Assembly: GCA_905331295.1 (NCBI GenBank)
Contig: CAJNYD010000125.1
Location: forward strand, 1 to 64,000
Direction of reading: 5' to 3'
DNA from: Rotaria socialis
Taxonomy: Eukaryota
DNA length: 64,000 nt
Part shown: one piece after another, positions 39,263 through 53,900 of the stretch
Layout: every line of letters starts with the position of its first letter
Position numbering within the stretch: the first letter of the stretch is position 1
Notes under the pieces: generated by a model
What the model was told of the DNA's origin: nothing
What the model saw: the letters and a program-made list of their open reading frames with translations, nothing else
Databases searched by the model: none
Program-made: the position numbers and the translations under genes

Positions 39263-40818
39263 ATGAAAGAGAACAAGACAATGAAGATTCTTTGCGATAA
39301 TACTCACGCTGCACATCAATTACCACAAAGTCACAAATTAATACTTGACTCTCAAATATTACCATCAAAATTGAATATTAAATTGAAAACGCATTCTCTC
39401 ACATGTTTAAATGTTCCACTGGAAACATTTTCTGATTTTAAACAAAGTTCGGGAGTAAATCGAAATGATAAGCAAAGAACTTTGGCTGGTAGTGTTGATC
39501 TTATTTCAGAGATGCAGCAGCAATTGAACAATGAAAATTTATCTTCTTTTTCATCGTCTAAACCTTTAATAAATATTATATCATCGGATAAACAATTCCC
39601 GTCGTCTGACCAACCATGCCAACAAATTATTAAACATCGTTTTCGATTATCAAATTCCTTTTTAACGCATTCATCAATTAATGATTCTGTTGCTCGACTG
39701 CGACGTACTCGTCATCTGCACAATTTACATCAATCATCATTCGAAACTATCGATAAAGTACCGAAACGAAAGAACTCTTATCTACTGAGCCGTAAGTATG
39801 ATTGCAGTTTTCCTATGACATTTTATATCAAATTCATTTGATTTGATTCAGACAATGGGCCCATTCCGAAATTTACTTTTCGTGATCTGCCATCATATTC
39901 TCGACAGACATCATCAATTAGCAGATTTAAACCACCATCTGATTTTCAAATGTCTCCATATACTTCATTGCCAGAGCTTCAATCATTCGCCAAACAAAAA
40001 TCTTCAGATAATAAAACGATTACTAATCATAAATATAAACCATTACCATCAAGTAAATCGTCCTCTTGGAAAAAATCAGGTTCATGGTCATGGAAGTCGT
40101 CATGCGATGCTTTAGAAATTCAATCAAACATAACTAAAAAGCAAACAGAATTTCGAGTAAGTCATATTTATTAGCTATTTAAAAATCATATTTCTGTAAC
40201 ATGAACTATATCTAGCTCGACGATCAACGTCATTCTAATTTACCTGTTATTATTGAATCACCAATACAACAACATTCTTCATTACAAGCAATCAATCTAA
40301 ATTCTTCGTCAACAAAATTAACAGATATACATCGTTCAAATCCATCATTTTATAATGATTATACTCAACAACAACAACATCGATTTCAAAAGAAAAAGAT
40401 AAATTTTCCTCATTCACCGTCAAACTACAAACTTCAACAAGATCGATTTTCATACCCATGGAGAACTCGTTATCCATCAACACCTTTACTTCCTTCTGCA
40501 TCACGAAATAAATTTTGCAATAATAAGTTTGATTATCATTCATATAATCTAGATATAACACCAATCGTCACGTACGATAATGATGATGATACTGATACAA
40601 TTTCAAGGCATAGCAGTTTTCGTTCATGTCTTGATAGTATCAATGACTTTTCGGAAAATAATATTATAGATATCTCATCATCATCTTCATCATTGATATC
40701 ATCTTTAGAAAGTTGTTTTCACGAGGTTGCTCCTATTTATGATTTAAAGCCAGAACTTGATAATGAAACAGCAAAACGTACAAAATTATCCATTCGACAC
40801 CTTTGTATTATTCAATAA
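39263..40818 (+). CDS. Uncharacterised Ser-rich protein with C-terminal CaaX (CIIQ); exons 39263-39790, 39852-40157, 40216-40818
   Basis: Three open exons joined in frame by canonical GTAAGT...AG introns; ends IRHLCIIQ*. Confidence 0.75.
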
Positions 40819-41172
40819 TTTCATTGTAAACTCTACTTTTCTTTGTCTTTTTTTGTTTGTTTAGTTCCAATAAAAAATTTCGGTGAGAGGGGTATTCGAC
40901 TGTCTGTTTCTTTGCATTTCGTAACGTTGTTTCGTTCATGACTATGTACGATATATACTAATTAGAACGATAATGATTAAAATGTAGCATAATGACGAGT
41001 ATCAATTAAGAACAGCGTTGTATAGGCTGTTCTGAGAAATGAGACGTTGCTCATTCATTATACAACAATTCGTCAATTATCACTGCACTAGAGAACGTGG
41101 CACAATATAAAAGCAATGTGAATTCAACACTTTTAGTTATTCGAAATTTGGCCTAACCGATAATTTCCAAAC

Positions 41173-41864
41173 ATGAACAATAGCTATTATTCACCTTCAC
41201 TCCACCAATATTCAGCATCGTACAACTATGTGCATGAGTACCCAGTATCAACAACACCTGCATATTGTTATTCGATTTCGACGCAACCTTCATGTCCTGT
41301 TCATTCGCCACGGAATTTCTATGCATCTTCAACATCACCTTCAATGAATATATCACTTGTGCCTTCCAGTTATTATCAACCACAAAACACGGAATTATAT
41401 TCTCCTTGTGTTCAAAGACGTACGTACCGATGTTTCTTGCATTTTAAATTTTTACGAAGTGTTCAACAGATAAGCTGATTTCTTATATTAACCGTTAATC
41501 CATGGGAGCTTAAAGAATCCTTTTTGAAGTCTATATTTTTTGCTTTTTCTTAGCAACACCTGTTCACCATGTTGCTGATCGTACACCGCTTCGTCGACAT
41601 CGGTGCTTTAAAAAAAATGAAATTCAAATACTTCATCAAGCATACAATCGTGATTCTCATCCATCAACAGAAACTCTTCAACAATTGGCAGTTCATTTGG
41701 AAGCTCCAATTGAGAAAGTTCGAGTGAGTTTCTTATCTTTGTATGTCTTTAATTAAAACTGTATCATTGATTATTGCTAGCAATGGTTCAAAAATCGGCG
41801 ACACAGCGACAAACAAAAGAAACGAATTATTTCAATGACTGAAACAACAACAACAAGCAATTGA
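41173..41864 (+). CDS. Divergent K50 PRD-class homeobox protein; exons 41173-41419, 41554-41723, 41781-41864
   Basis: Spliced homeodomain PLRRHRCFKKNEIQILHQAYNRDSHPSTETLQQLAVHLEAPIEKVR|QWFKNRRHSDKQKK with the intron between codons 46 and 47. TATAAAA at about 41106. Confidence 0.88.
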
Positions 41865-43622
41865 ATTTATATTTATTGTTGCTTTTAGTTTTAATTTATT
41901 GTTGTCTAATAAAAATTCATAATCTTATCGTTTGTTCCGTTTATTATTTGAAAGAATTAGCAAAAGAATTCTCATGTGAAAAAAATAGAACAAAGGAAAT
42001 TTAGTTGATGAGATAGATTTTCAACTCAATCAACGATAAAAGATAATGTTATTAGCAGAATTATTGATTTTGAGAATCATTGTATTACGAATACCTGTTT
42101 GTGTACTAGTAGATAGATAAGGCAATGTCAATTATATTCGATGTTGATCTAGCAAGGTTCCGTCGATAATAGTATGTGTAACTTATGAATCCCATGATAT
42201 ATTTTGACTCCTACTCGTTGGTATCCAATGCCAATTGTTATGTTTCGCGTTCGATTGTTATTGTTAACAAATGGGACGAACTGGTTTTATTTGTTATGGC
42301 TTTTTTTAAACACATCTCAAAGAAATACAATCCGCACAATCGTAACCTTTTTCTCGACAAGCATTATGGCTGAATGATTTAAGGCATATCGTGCATGATT
42401 AATCGTATTTAGTAGTTGACTGCTCGTTAATAACTAGTTTTGTTACAACCGTTGAATTCTCATTAGATTTATTCTATTTTGTTGATATCAATGGTAAGTT
42501 TAGAGACGTAGGCTCTAACTTGTTTGATTGAAGCTATGTGTGCTTTAACAATATCCTAGTTGAAATGTTTCACCTGTGCCACAGACGCTTAGTGACGTTC
42601 GATACGTTGTTTAATATGTGTAGGAAAAGAAAAAATAAATAAGTGAGAAAAGATGAACATTTCATGCTATATTTACTGTTAGCTGAAAATGTTTCTTTTC
42701 TTTTTTTTTAATGGAAATTTTATTATACAATGAGTAAGATCGATTACTTGTGAACTATCAACTTTATGATTAATGATACGATGAATATAGTCACCATAAG
42801 TATGTATAACATGAACTTTGTTGAGTATTATTACAGATCTCTTGGTATATCACGAAAAAATTCGAATTTATAAAATGAAATGTCAACAATTTTCAACAAA
42901 CGTTTCCACCTTGCATGAGAATGATAATATTGGATATGAATGAATATCTGATTATAAAACGAAGAAATATCGTAGAACACATTAGTATCACGTCCTATCT
43001 AAAAGCTTCATATACTACATTAAGTTATTACTATTCTATATGTTTTATTTCTTAGACACTTGTAATTAGATGTAAATCGATACTTCACACTGTTCTCTTT
43101 GTTTGTTTACAAATGGTCTACAACTACGTATATATGTTTACACCAATATCAACATTGGAACATACAAATATGCTTGGAGTTCATGTGTACTAACGTATCA
43201 TGAATCTTTTCAATATGTTCCTATTAGATCGAATTATATTCAATTGCCTGGAGAAATAAGTAGAAATAAGAATTTCAAGTAAACAAATGTTTTTGTGCAG
43301 ATCAGCTGCTAGCTACACCGTTCTTCGATTTCTTTTTCCGTTTATAGTCACAAATATTAAACTAATCATATCCTTTATTTTATTCGTGTCAGGATCAATT
43401 TTTAAGTAATATCTATTAATAAGCGAGCAGAAAATTGTTTTTGCATTTCTAAATGTGCAAAGAGTTATTCGACTTTTTGTGATGACATATTTTTCCGAGA
43501 TGAAATCACTATAATGTTAGAAATTAGATTTTTATTATTCGCTGTAAACATATCATACGAGTAGCCTAGATTTCAATATTTCCTGGATATTATACATACA
43601 TAAAAAAAAGTCGATTAACGAT

Positions 43623-43647
43623 AGAGAGAGAGAGAGAGAGAGAGAGA
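43623..43647 (+). repeat. (AG)n microsatellite upstream of ALG3
   Basis: Perfect AG run. Confidence 0.9.
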
Positions 43648-43868
43648 CTCCTCGTAGTTTTGTTTGTTCGAAACGTTTGCATTGCGTTAACGTGTAATGA
43701 GAAATAATGTGTGTCGACATCTGTACTCTAGGTATTTGTCATTTGATGGTTTTAAAAATCCACTATTTATTAGATTGTTCCATCGACTTTATACATCGTG
43801 TCACTGTCAGGACCTTCAAACATATTTGAGTAGAATCAATCGTTCATATTTAACTTTAAATAAAAGAA

Positions 43869-46141
43869 ATGCCTCCGCCACAATCACGATCATCATCTTG
43901 GTCGAAATTTTTAAAACGACTCAATCTACAATTCAAACAATGTTTTCATTTATCTTTCTACAAGAATCTTCTTTTAAATCCAAAGAAATCGATTTATATC
44001 ATGAGTGGTCTTTTTATTTTGGAAGTATTTCTAAATATTCTTATTGTAAGAATAACAAATTATACAGAAATCGATTGGAAAGCATATATGCAAGAAGTGG
44101 AAGGTGTTGTAAATGGTACATATGATTATTATCAATTGAAAGGCGATACGGGACCGCTTGTGTAAGTATAACTCACATTTTAAACAGCGATAAAGAATTA
44201 ATTCGTTTTTTTATGTATATAGTTATCCAGCTGGTTTCGTTTACATTTATCTAATATTTTATTATATAACAAATTTTGGCAATAATGTTCGTCTTGCACA
44301 ATACATATTTGTTGGACTTTACTTGATTATGATCTCAGCTGTTTTCTACATCTATAACCGAAATGCTAAGGTTTTTTCCGTCTATATTTTATTCAACAAT
44401 CTAGATGCAATTTGAATGTTGTTTTTATTTTGTTTTAGGTGCCACCTTATGCATATATATTTATGTGCTTATTGGCATATCGTATTCATTCAATTTTTGT
44501 TCTTCGACTTTTCAATGATCCTATTGCAATGACATTTTTATATATTTCATTAGCTTTTCTACTTCGTCGACAATGGACTGTTGCTTGCATACTTTATAGG
44601 TATGTTAAAATGAGTGCCTAAATAAATCTTTAGGCATGATAAAATTTTATAAATATACAGACAAACAATACAAATTAATCGAATATTTTGGATTATGAGC
44701 ATTGAGCGTTCTTGTTAATTGTTCTAAAAAGTCTTCTTTTCTAGTGATAAATCGTACTTGTTCCTTTGAGATTTGTCTACACTTTTAATTCACTATAAAT
44801 TAATAGTACACAGCAGTGACAATGTTTTTCACGTAAATATCGATTAATTTAACATTCCCTATCGAATAAATGAATCGAGATGAATACTTATCAGTTTCGA
44901 CTAGGCTATTTTTTCTATGCAGAATTATATCAAATTCTACTTAAAAAGCTGTTAGGGCAATCTTCACATGATTAAATTAGGACATATAGTGCAGCTGTTC
45001 TTGGTAATTATTGTAGTTCATTGTTGAATACATGTCTTCACCATTCTCTTACGTCATCCTCAAGAGATGTAACAATAGAGTGTGGTTAACATATTACACT
45101 AAGACTTGAATCATATACATTCTTAGAGCCTATATTAACAATCTCGGTGATGCAATAAGAAAATTTTGTTGCTAAAACATCTGCCACGATCTATAATAAG
45201 CTATTTTATAGGCGTCCATCGCATGCCTAGTAACTCATTGCTAAGATAGCTGTGAGATGATTTCTATGTGATTTAATTATATTTCAGCTTGGCCGTATCG
45301 ATTAAAATGAATATTTTATTGATGGCACCAGGACTTTTTTTTATTCTTCTACTTTCGGTGGGACTTGGTCAAACATTCAAATATATATTCTATTGTGGTT
45401 TATTACAAGTAAAATTAGTAATTTCTCTTTTGTTTTTTTATTTAATTTTTACAATTTAGCTCATATTTGCCGTACCATTTCTTTTGTCAAACCCTACTGC
45501 TTATATTGTTCGTTCATTCGATCTTGGTCGACAATTTTTCTATATATGGACTGTGAATTGGCGTTTAATACCTGAACATATATTTCTTAATCGTTATTTT
45601 CACTTAACCTTACTATTGTTACATATAATAGTTTTATTGTATGTGTGTCGATATCAATGGTTGAAGTAAGTTGACGTTAATCAAAAATTAAAATGAATAA
45701 TTTTTTCATTATAATACTCAATAGAGATATTAAAAAAATACAAGACATTTTTAATTACCATCATAACTATATTTTATCCGACGATACCATTATAACATTG
45801 ATGTTCTATTCGAATTTTATTGGTATTTGTTTTTGTCGTTCACTTCATTATCAATTTTATGTTTGGTATTATCATATGTTATTTCATTTATTATGGAGTA
45901 CGAACTCAAACGACAAAGTTAAGTAAGTTACTTAAATATTTTTTAATTGATGAAAAAAAGAAAACTTTTGTTTTTTAGTCTTCTAATACTTGGTCTAATT
46001 GAATTGTCATGGAATATGTATCCATCAACATTTGTTAGTAGTTTAATTTTGCATATTTGTCATGGATATATTCTTATTAAACTGGTTCAATCACTCACAA
46101 CACAAGCAAATATGCCAAAATCAGGAAAAAAAGTGAAATAA
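43869..46141 (+). CDS. ALG3: Dol-P-Man:Man5GlcNAc2-PP-Dol alpha-1,3-mannosyltransferase (7 exons)
   Basis: [97 protein letters not shown]-terminal dilysine KKVK*. Confidence 0.97.
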
Positions 46142-47917
46142 TGTGAGATAGTTAATTCGAAAATTGAATGAATATAAAATGCAATTTCGATTTTTGTTTT
46201 GTTTCTTTATTTAACCGGTTAACTAGAATAAATAACATAGGCTTTCTTTTTCTTATGCTATGAAATTCATTTTTATATTGCTTTGTTAAATGCATGTTTG
46301 CTAAAAGTAAATGACCGAAGTTCTCATAGTTTTCTAATGAAACAAAAAAAATCATAACAAGTTAGTTTTATTTCCATAGTGATAGGAAGTTCTTCTTTAT
46401 AAATATATTCTTCCGAATATAAATTTACTATAATCGACAATTCAATTCGATATTGATATATTTTGTTTTTGACAATAAATGATTGTTAGACCATTGTACC
46501 AGGAAAAACAATTGTATTTCTCATTTCTTTTCTTACAAAAGATTCTTTTTTCAAACAATATTTTCTTTAAATTCAATATTCATACAGTTCACTGAAGCTA
46601 TCAATCAAATACTGTCACACTTTATCTTACTACTCGATCTAATAAGGCCTCGGCTAGCGAAGAAAAAATTTAGTTTATTATTCTCTAATCGAAACAATTG
46701 CTTGATATGTCTGAGCATATGTGAGAATCACAATATATGTTTACGAATTAAAAACGCAGTGGAAAAGTGATGAAAAAAATTGATATTTCTAAGTACGATC
46801 TTAACCATAAAAATCATCTAGTAAAATTTAAAAATTATCCAGATTCAATTCTAAAATAGTACCAAATAAATGGTATTTACTTATGTCAGTATAGGTATAT
46901 TTATTATGACGTATTTTTGATATCATTGAACTGTTATATATTAGAGAAATAAATTGAATTCGTAAATAAACCGTGAAAAGTATACAGCAGTGAATATGCA
47001 AATGAAATTATAAAAATTCAACTATAGAAACATCTTGAAAGAAAGTATAATAAAATGATCTAGAACATTATTCATTCAAGATCTTACATTTACAAGAGTT
47101 AACTCTCTATACAATAGGAAAAGTATCACCATTAGAAAAACAATAATTCATTAGATCTTTCTCGTATACCATTGATTTCTGTAAACAGTGAAAATGGTTA
47201 AATTGAAAAATAAATATCTAATAACTATCTGCATCTTCTATCGAATAGTCGTTTGTTTTGTTTTTTGTCTGTTTATACTATTTTATCATTACTATATAGT
47301 CTTATTTGTAATGATTGATTCAACGAGGCATAACTTTCTTGTTCTCTCATTTTTATGTTGTCTTTCTTATTCATTTTCTATCTACATCCAATCGGAGAGA
47401 ATGTCATAATTTTGTCAAGGTCTTCAATGGATAGCAGACAATCGGTTCTAATACACCAAAAGCAAAACTTCTATGATGTGCCGAATAGAAAAATAACAAT
47501 TTATTTCTGATGAAATGCTTCTTTCATCGGTCCATCAGCTTTCATTGCCAAACAGTAAAAATTTCTCATATGGATATACGGCAAGAAACATGTACTAAAT
47601 GCTACTCTTTTTTTTCTATAGAGAGAAACAAAATCATGCGCATTTCTATAGAATCTTTATTTTCCCTTAAGCACTCAAAATAGTTCGCTTACATTCTATT
47701 ATCATATGTTAAGAAATATTTGCTTGTCTAAGGATAAATACATATCCATATGTGGATGCATTGAGAAGGTATATTATTACTATGTTAAATTAAGTAGCAA
47801 GGCTAGTATGAATTAGACTCTGTTATCGAAAAATGTATAAAAACTGTTTTAATCTTTATTTTCAGATGAGTTGATATCAAAATTTGTTTTCATTTTCAAA
47901 TAAATCTATTAATCAGG

Positions 47918-50900
47918 ATGAGTGACGAAAAAACATCTGATGAAAAAACAGCACATGATGAAAAATCAGCAACAGCTGGAAAAGTTTGTATAAATGGGAA
48001 AATATTGTTTAAAATATTATTTGAATTTTTGTATATTTTTCAAAAAATTAAGTTGGAATCAATGTCTAAAGAGGAAATAATCAAAGTGGTTAAAAATCAA
48101 GTTTTACTCAAAAAGAAACTTGAAATAAAAATAAATGAACTAACAGCATCAAATACGAATTTTAGTCAAATTGAAGAAGTAATGCAATTTATTCATGTTT
48201 TAAATAGAGGAAAATATTTTTTTGTATCGTTTTTAGCAACTTCGTCAACAAATTGAACATGAACAATCAAAATATTCTAAATTAATGATCGACTTTGAAC
48301 AAAATAAAATTGATCAATTGAAAACTCAAGAAGAACTAAATGTAAATTTACAATTTCAAAAAAACAGACTAAAACTATTTGGTTTCCTATTCTAGACTAC
48401 GCATGAATTATTGGCACGTTTTAGATTAGAAAATGAAACATTGCAGACTTCATGCCAAAATCAGCAAGTTGAAATAACAGTAAATATACTACTGAATTAA
48501 ACAGAAGTTGTCTCTCATAAAACAATACTATTCTTTGTGATACTAAACTGATATTTTAGATGCATTCGTGTGAAAATAAGTTCTGATAGCTAATACTAAA
48601 CGGCCTTCTATTTCCTCATATTATTGACAGTTATTATTTGGACATTATCTTCTGTTTGTGATCCTATTATTGCCACTAGTCTGACACAAAAATTTGCATT
48701 CAAAAGATCGCTACAGATACTGTATCTAGTTCTGCCTCTGCTAGACTGAAATGATACTTTATCTGCGCATTAAGAATTTGTTTTGAACGATTAGCGCTAG
48801 TCTTTATTAAACGTTGAAAATATCAGCGGTGAGTTCTCAATAGCCGATAGATATGATATGGGACTCATTCTCTTAGAAATTATTAGTTGCTTAGATCTAA
48901 AGTGCATCTGTGTGTGAAAGAGAGAGAGACAGAGAGATTTTAGTGACATTAGAACAAAAATATGAGTTTACCTTCAGCATTTGAAAAAAAGCGATAATTA
49001 ATATCAATGAAATAGGATAAACAATGACAAAACAAATAACTTCTTTAGTATGCATATTTTCATTGACTATATTATTCAGAAAGGGGAAAAATATGTATGA
49101 ATCATGAATTCAGTATATGTAAACAGAAAAAGAGTCAGTCTAGTACTTCTGCCGGGAATTGTCTGTCACACGCATACATGCAAAAATATCATTTCAATAG
49201 CATGAGTAATAATTAGTACGAGTTTATGAAGATCGACTATGCTTAGTCCCAAACTATAGATTTGTTTTTTTTATTCTTCTAATATTTTGATTTCATTTTT
49301 AAGAATCTTCAAAATCAACTCACATTCATTCAGGCATCATTGACAAATGAATCTCAAAAATCTCTATCTCATTCTGAGCTTTTATCAAAATTTATTTCAA
49401 CATCAATTGATCGATTACAACTGCCAATATCGCCATCGAATAAGTTCGATGATGAATTTTTGCAAGCATATACAAATGAATTAAACCAAAAACAAGAAAA
49501 TTTTAAACAATTATTTGAACATATTGAAGAAGAAAAACTTCATTTACAACAACGTATTGAGGATTTAGAATTTTTAAATGAAGAAGTTAAATTAGATTTA
49601 GATGATTTAAGATTAAAATCAATAAACTATCAGCAAGATAAAAAATCAATGGAAAAAGAACTCGATAATTATCGTCGACAAATCGAAGATTTTGAAGAAC
49701 AATTTCTTGAATTACAACGTGAAAGTCATTGCAATCATTTACAAACATATGAAAATTCCTCGAAACAATCGTCAGTATTAACATTGAATCAAATAGATGA
49801 AAATCTAGATGAAATTATTGATCAATGTATGAATTCCATGCTCAATCAAATTGAAAGTAATAATCAGCATATATCCAAAGCATCATCAACATCATCGTTA
49901 CTTCTTTCATCAGACATTCCAACATTATTACATTCTATTGGAATTACTAATTGTACGGATGAAGATTTTTCTGTACCATTAAATTTTGAGAGTGTACTTC
50001 GTTTATCTACATTGTTAGTTGAACGATGTCGTGTTTTACAATATATTTTACTTAAAAATAATGATATGTCGATCAATTCATTAAATGATGCCGATTACTA
50101 TAAAGATTGTGCTTTATTTGTGCGCAACGACGGTTTTGAACAATGTAAAATATTTGTTCGAAAACAAGATCATATTGCATTAGATACACTTTTCGAAAGA
50201 ATTTATGTCGGAATGAATGAAACGATTAAATCTGATGAATGGCAAATTGTTATTGAAAAATCAGATAATCAGGTAATGGAAAAAAATATCCAAATTTATT
50301 GATGATAATCATGATGTTATTTCACTTTTAAATTTTGTTGTTCTGTAGGGAATTTTCAATCGTTTACTTTTCGAGCATGTTAATTTATATGAGTATAGTT
50401 TTTATCGAAAATTCGTCTTCTGTCGAGAGAAATCTTAAGCGATTCGAAACACTATTTATACTGAGTGTACAAGTTTTCTGTAAAAGCAAATACTTCAAAA
50501 TTTTCACAGTTTTGTTTCTCAGGGATATAACTGAAGATAATAAAATAATTAATCATTATTTGAAAGTTGTTTGTATTTCGAAACAAATCGATTTTTCTAT
50601 TCATTGGATATCATAAAAATGAAAATAAGATTCTAGAGGAAATATAGCTTAAATAATATCAAGTTTCTATAGAATTTTCATGAGCGTAGATATTAGGTCA
50701 CTTTATTCTTTTGTCAGCGGTATGCAGTTTTAAGAGAGTCATGATAGATCATATAAATAAATGTATCGATAGAAAGATTTTCTTCCAGATTTTCAATAAA
50801 TTTTCTGATTGATGTTGAATTTTTTATTGTTCAAAAAATTGTGCCAACTACTTGATTTTATTCTCAAATATTTTTTAAATACATGTTTGAATTGATGAGT

Positions 50901-53900
50901 GATATTTTTATTTTTATTTCTATTTAGAAATCGTCTTCATTTCTTCGATTACAATTCGATAATTTCAAATTTGTGTCAGGAGAAATAGAACAAAATCTTA
51001 TTCGTTTACGTTCACGACATGATGATTTAATAAAAGAAAATGAAGAACAGCAAAATAAAATATCTCTATTAGAACAACGTCTCTATTCAAATCATTCCTA
51101 TGAACAACTGAAAGAACATCAAGCACAATTAGAAGAACAACTTGCTAAACAATGTGAAAAAACTATTCAATTAGAAAGTATTCTTACGCAAGAAAATATC
51201 GGTTCGTATTCATTTAAAATAGCAGAAAAAAAAACCTTGATTTTGATTATTCAGATAAAATCAAAGTTGACCAATTGAAACAAATTGAACTTTCCTATAA
51301 TGAACTTCAACAAAAATATCATATTGTTAAGCAATTAGAGGAACACATACAACAACTAAATCAAAATCTTAATGACAAAGAACTTGAATTGCAACATCAA
51401 CATAATTTATTTGATAGGTTAAAAAAGGATTATGATAATCAACATCTGCAACTGTTAGAACGTGATGAAAACATTCATTCACTTAAATTTCAATTAGAAC
51501 AGGATGAGAAATCTAAAGAAAGTCTCATTGAAAAATATCAAAATCAAATGAATCAATTTCGCAATGATTTAGAACAACAAAAATTAACATTAATAAATGC
51601 AGCACGAAGTCAAGATGAACTTTATTCATTTAAATCAAAACAACAAAATGAATTAAATGATTTAGTTCAAACAAAAATAAATGAGAACAAACAATTAGAT
51701 AATGATTTAAAGCAGAATCATGAAATTATTTTAGAAAAAAATAAGCAAATTGATCATTATCAGAAACAATTGAATTTATTAAATGTTGAATTAGATCAAT
51801 TTAAAATCAAATCTCATGAAACTAAAGAAGAGAAAAATAAGTTAATTAATGAAATAGATTCATTGATGAATCAAGTTACTAATTTAGAAAAAGAAAAACT
51901 CGAATTGATTCAGGTAATGTTACTTTCTTTAACTCATTGTCGTAGTACTTATTATTGTTATTATTATTATTTTTCTTTCAATATAGAATATTGATAATAT
52001 AAAACAACAGTTGGAACGAAATGATCTAACAACTGATCAAGACAAACTTCAATTACGACAAGTATATTTCAAAGACTAACTTTAATAATTTAAAAATAAC
52101 TAAAAGAAACGTATTTAAAGATATTATTACGTGAAAGTTTGTCAGAATGGAAAATGATTACCTAGGAATTTTTAAATAATTACAAGAGTATAGATAAACG
52201 GAATAGTTTCCCTAGGTAAAAACAAAATAGTCTCTTTTTTTAGATGATGCTTACTCTAAAGTCATCGATCGTTTTTAGGCATAGTATCGTTCATCAGCCA
52301 CCTTCAGATGTACCCTTTTCTTAATGCTAGGGGGTAATAGTTCCAAAAACCTTTTTTTTTTAATCTCAATGTAGAACAAAGGAAAAAGATAATTCTGTAG
52401 CGCTTTATTTCCAGTTTTTCTTATTATAAAAAAATATAATGAGTCTATTTTTTAAATAAATAAGATCATGTATTGATCTTTGGCTTGAATAAATGTCAAA
52501 AATCTCTATCTTACTTATGTAATTTTCATGATATCGTCGAAAAGAAAAAGCAGAAATGATTTTTACACATTAGAAAATCAATGCATGTTCACAAGTTTAC
52601 TTATCGATTGAAAAATTTGATTCTTTCACATTTTTATTAAAGAAATACGATTAAAACATTTTAACACACACGAACTATTCCAAAAAATCTCATCTCAATT
52701 TGATTACTTGATTAGGAACTTTGTCTTTTGAGGAAAAAAACGATGATTTTTGCCGTGTAGTAAAAAAAAAGTCGCTTCAGCTATACTTTCGAACATGACG
52801 TTGAACTTCATCATATTAAGTTTAGAAGTTGAATTATTTAGACGATTGAAAATCTCCAACACGAATTAGATTCAAATAAAATTCATATACAAGATGTTCA
52901 ATTAAACCAGTCCAACAACAAGAGCGAATCGAACCAAGCAAATTTGAATGATCATCATGAATCAGAATTGGAGCATGTACAACACAATCAAGTTCTAAAT
53001 AATACGAATGATAAAAGTAGAAAGTCAGCATTTGATTCAGAAGAAAATATTCAAGTAAAGTTTTCTTTAATAATAATTGAATCTGTTTATCGTCTTCTAT
53101 GAATAGGAATTAAAAGAAAAATATCACAAAATGAAAGTTTTATTAACACGTCTTAAAAGAGAACTACAAGAAAAAAATCAACATCAACCAAAACAAAGTT
53201 TAATTGATCTTGAATTAGCTGATTACGAAAAAACAATAAACAACTTAAAAGATGAATTAATGAATAAAGATAAAGAAATTCAAGATTTACATGAAGAACT
53301 ATCTAATAGTACAGATAAATATGCTTGTCTTAAAATTGAAAACAAAAATTTAGAACAACAAAATCAACAAATTGAACAGCGTGCTAATAAATTTAAAGCA
53401 CTTTTAGATCTTGCAAAAAAAGAATTACAAACTGCTAAAAATATTGAATTGCAACGACATTATAATGATGATCATGTTCGAGTATTACTTGAAAAATTAC
53501 AAAACGATTTTGATAATAATAAAATATTAATTACGGAATTACAAAATGAGAAACAACATTTAATTGGTAAACAGTTCGATTACTAACTATTCTGTTTTTG
53601 GAATTTATGTTTTCATTAAAATTTAGAAAAACTCAATAATCAAAACGAAACAAGTCAACGAACTATTAATCTATTGGAACAAAATTTAAGTATTGTTAAA
53701 CATGATTTGGATATTGCAAAACAAGATAAGTAAGTTTAGATTTCACGAGCAAAAAGAAACACCTTAACTATATTATTTTCTTTTTCTAGTGATACACTTG
53801 AAGATGATTTCAATAGCTATAAAGTAAGATGAAGTAGAATATTTATTGAAAGTTACATCAGATGATTTCAATATTATCTGAGAGAATTATTTAGATAAAA

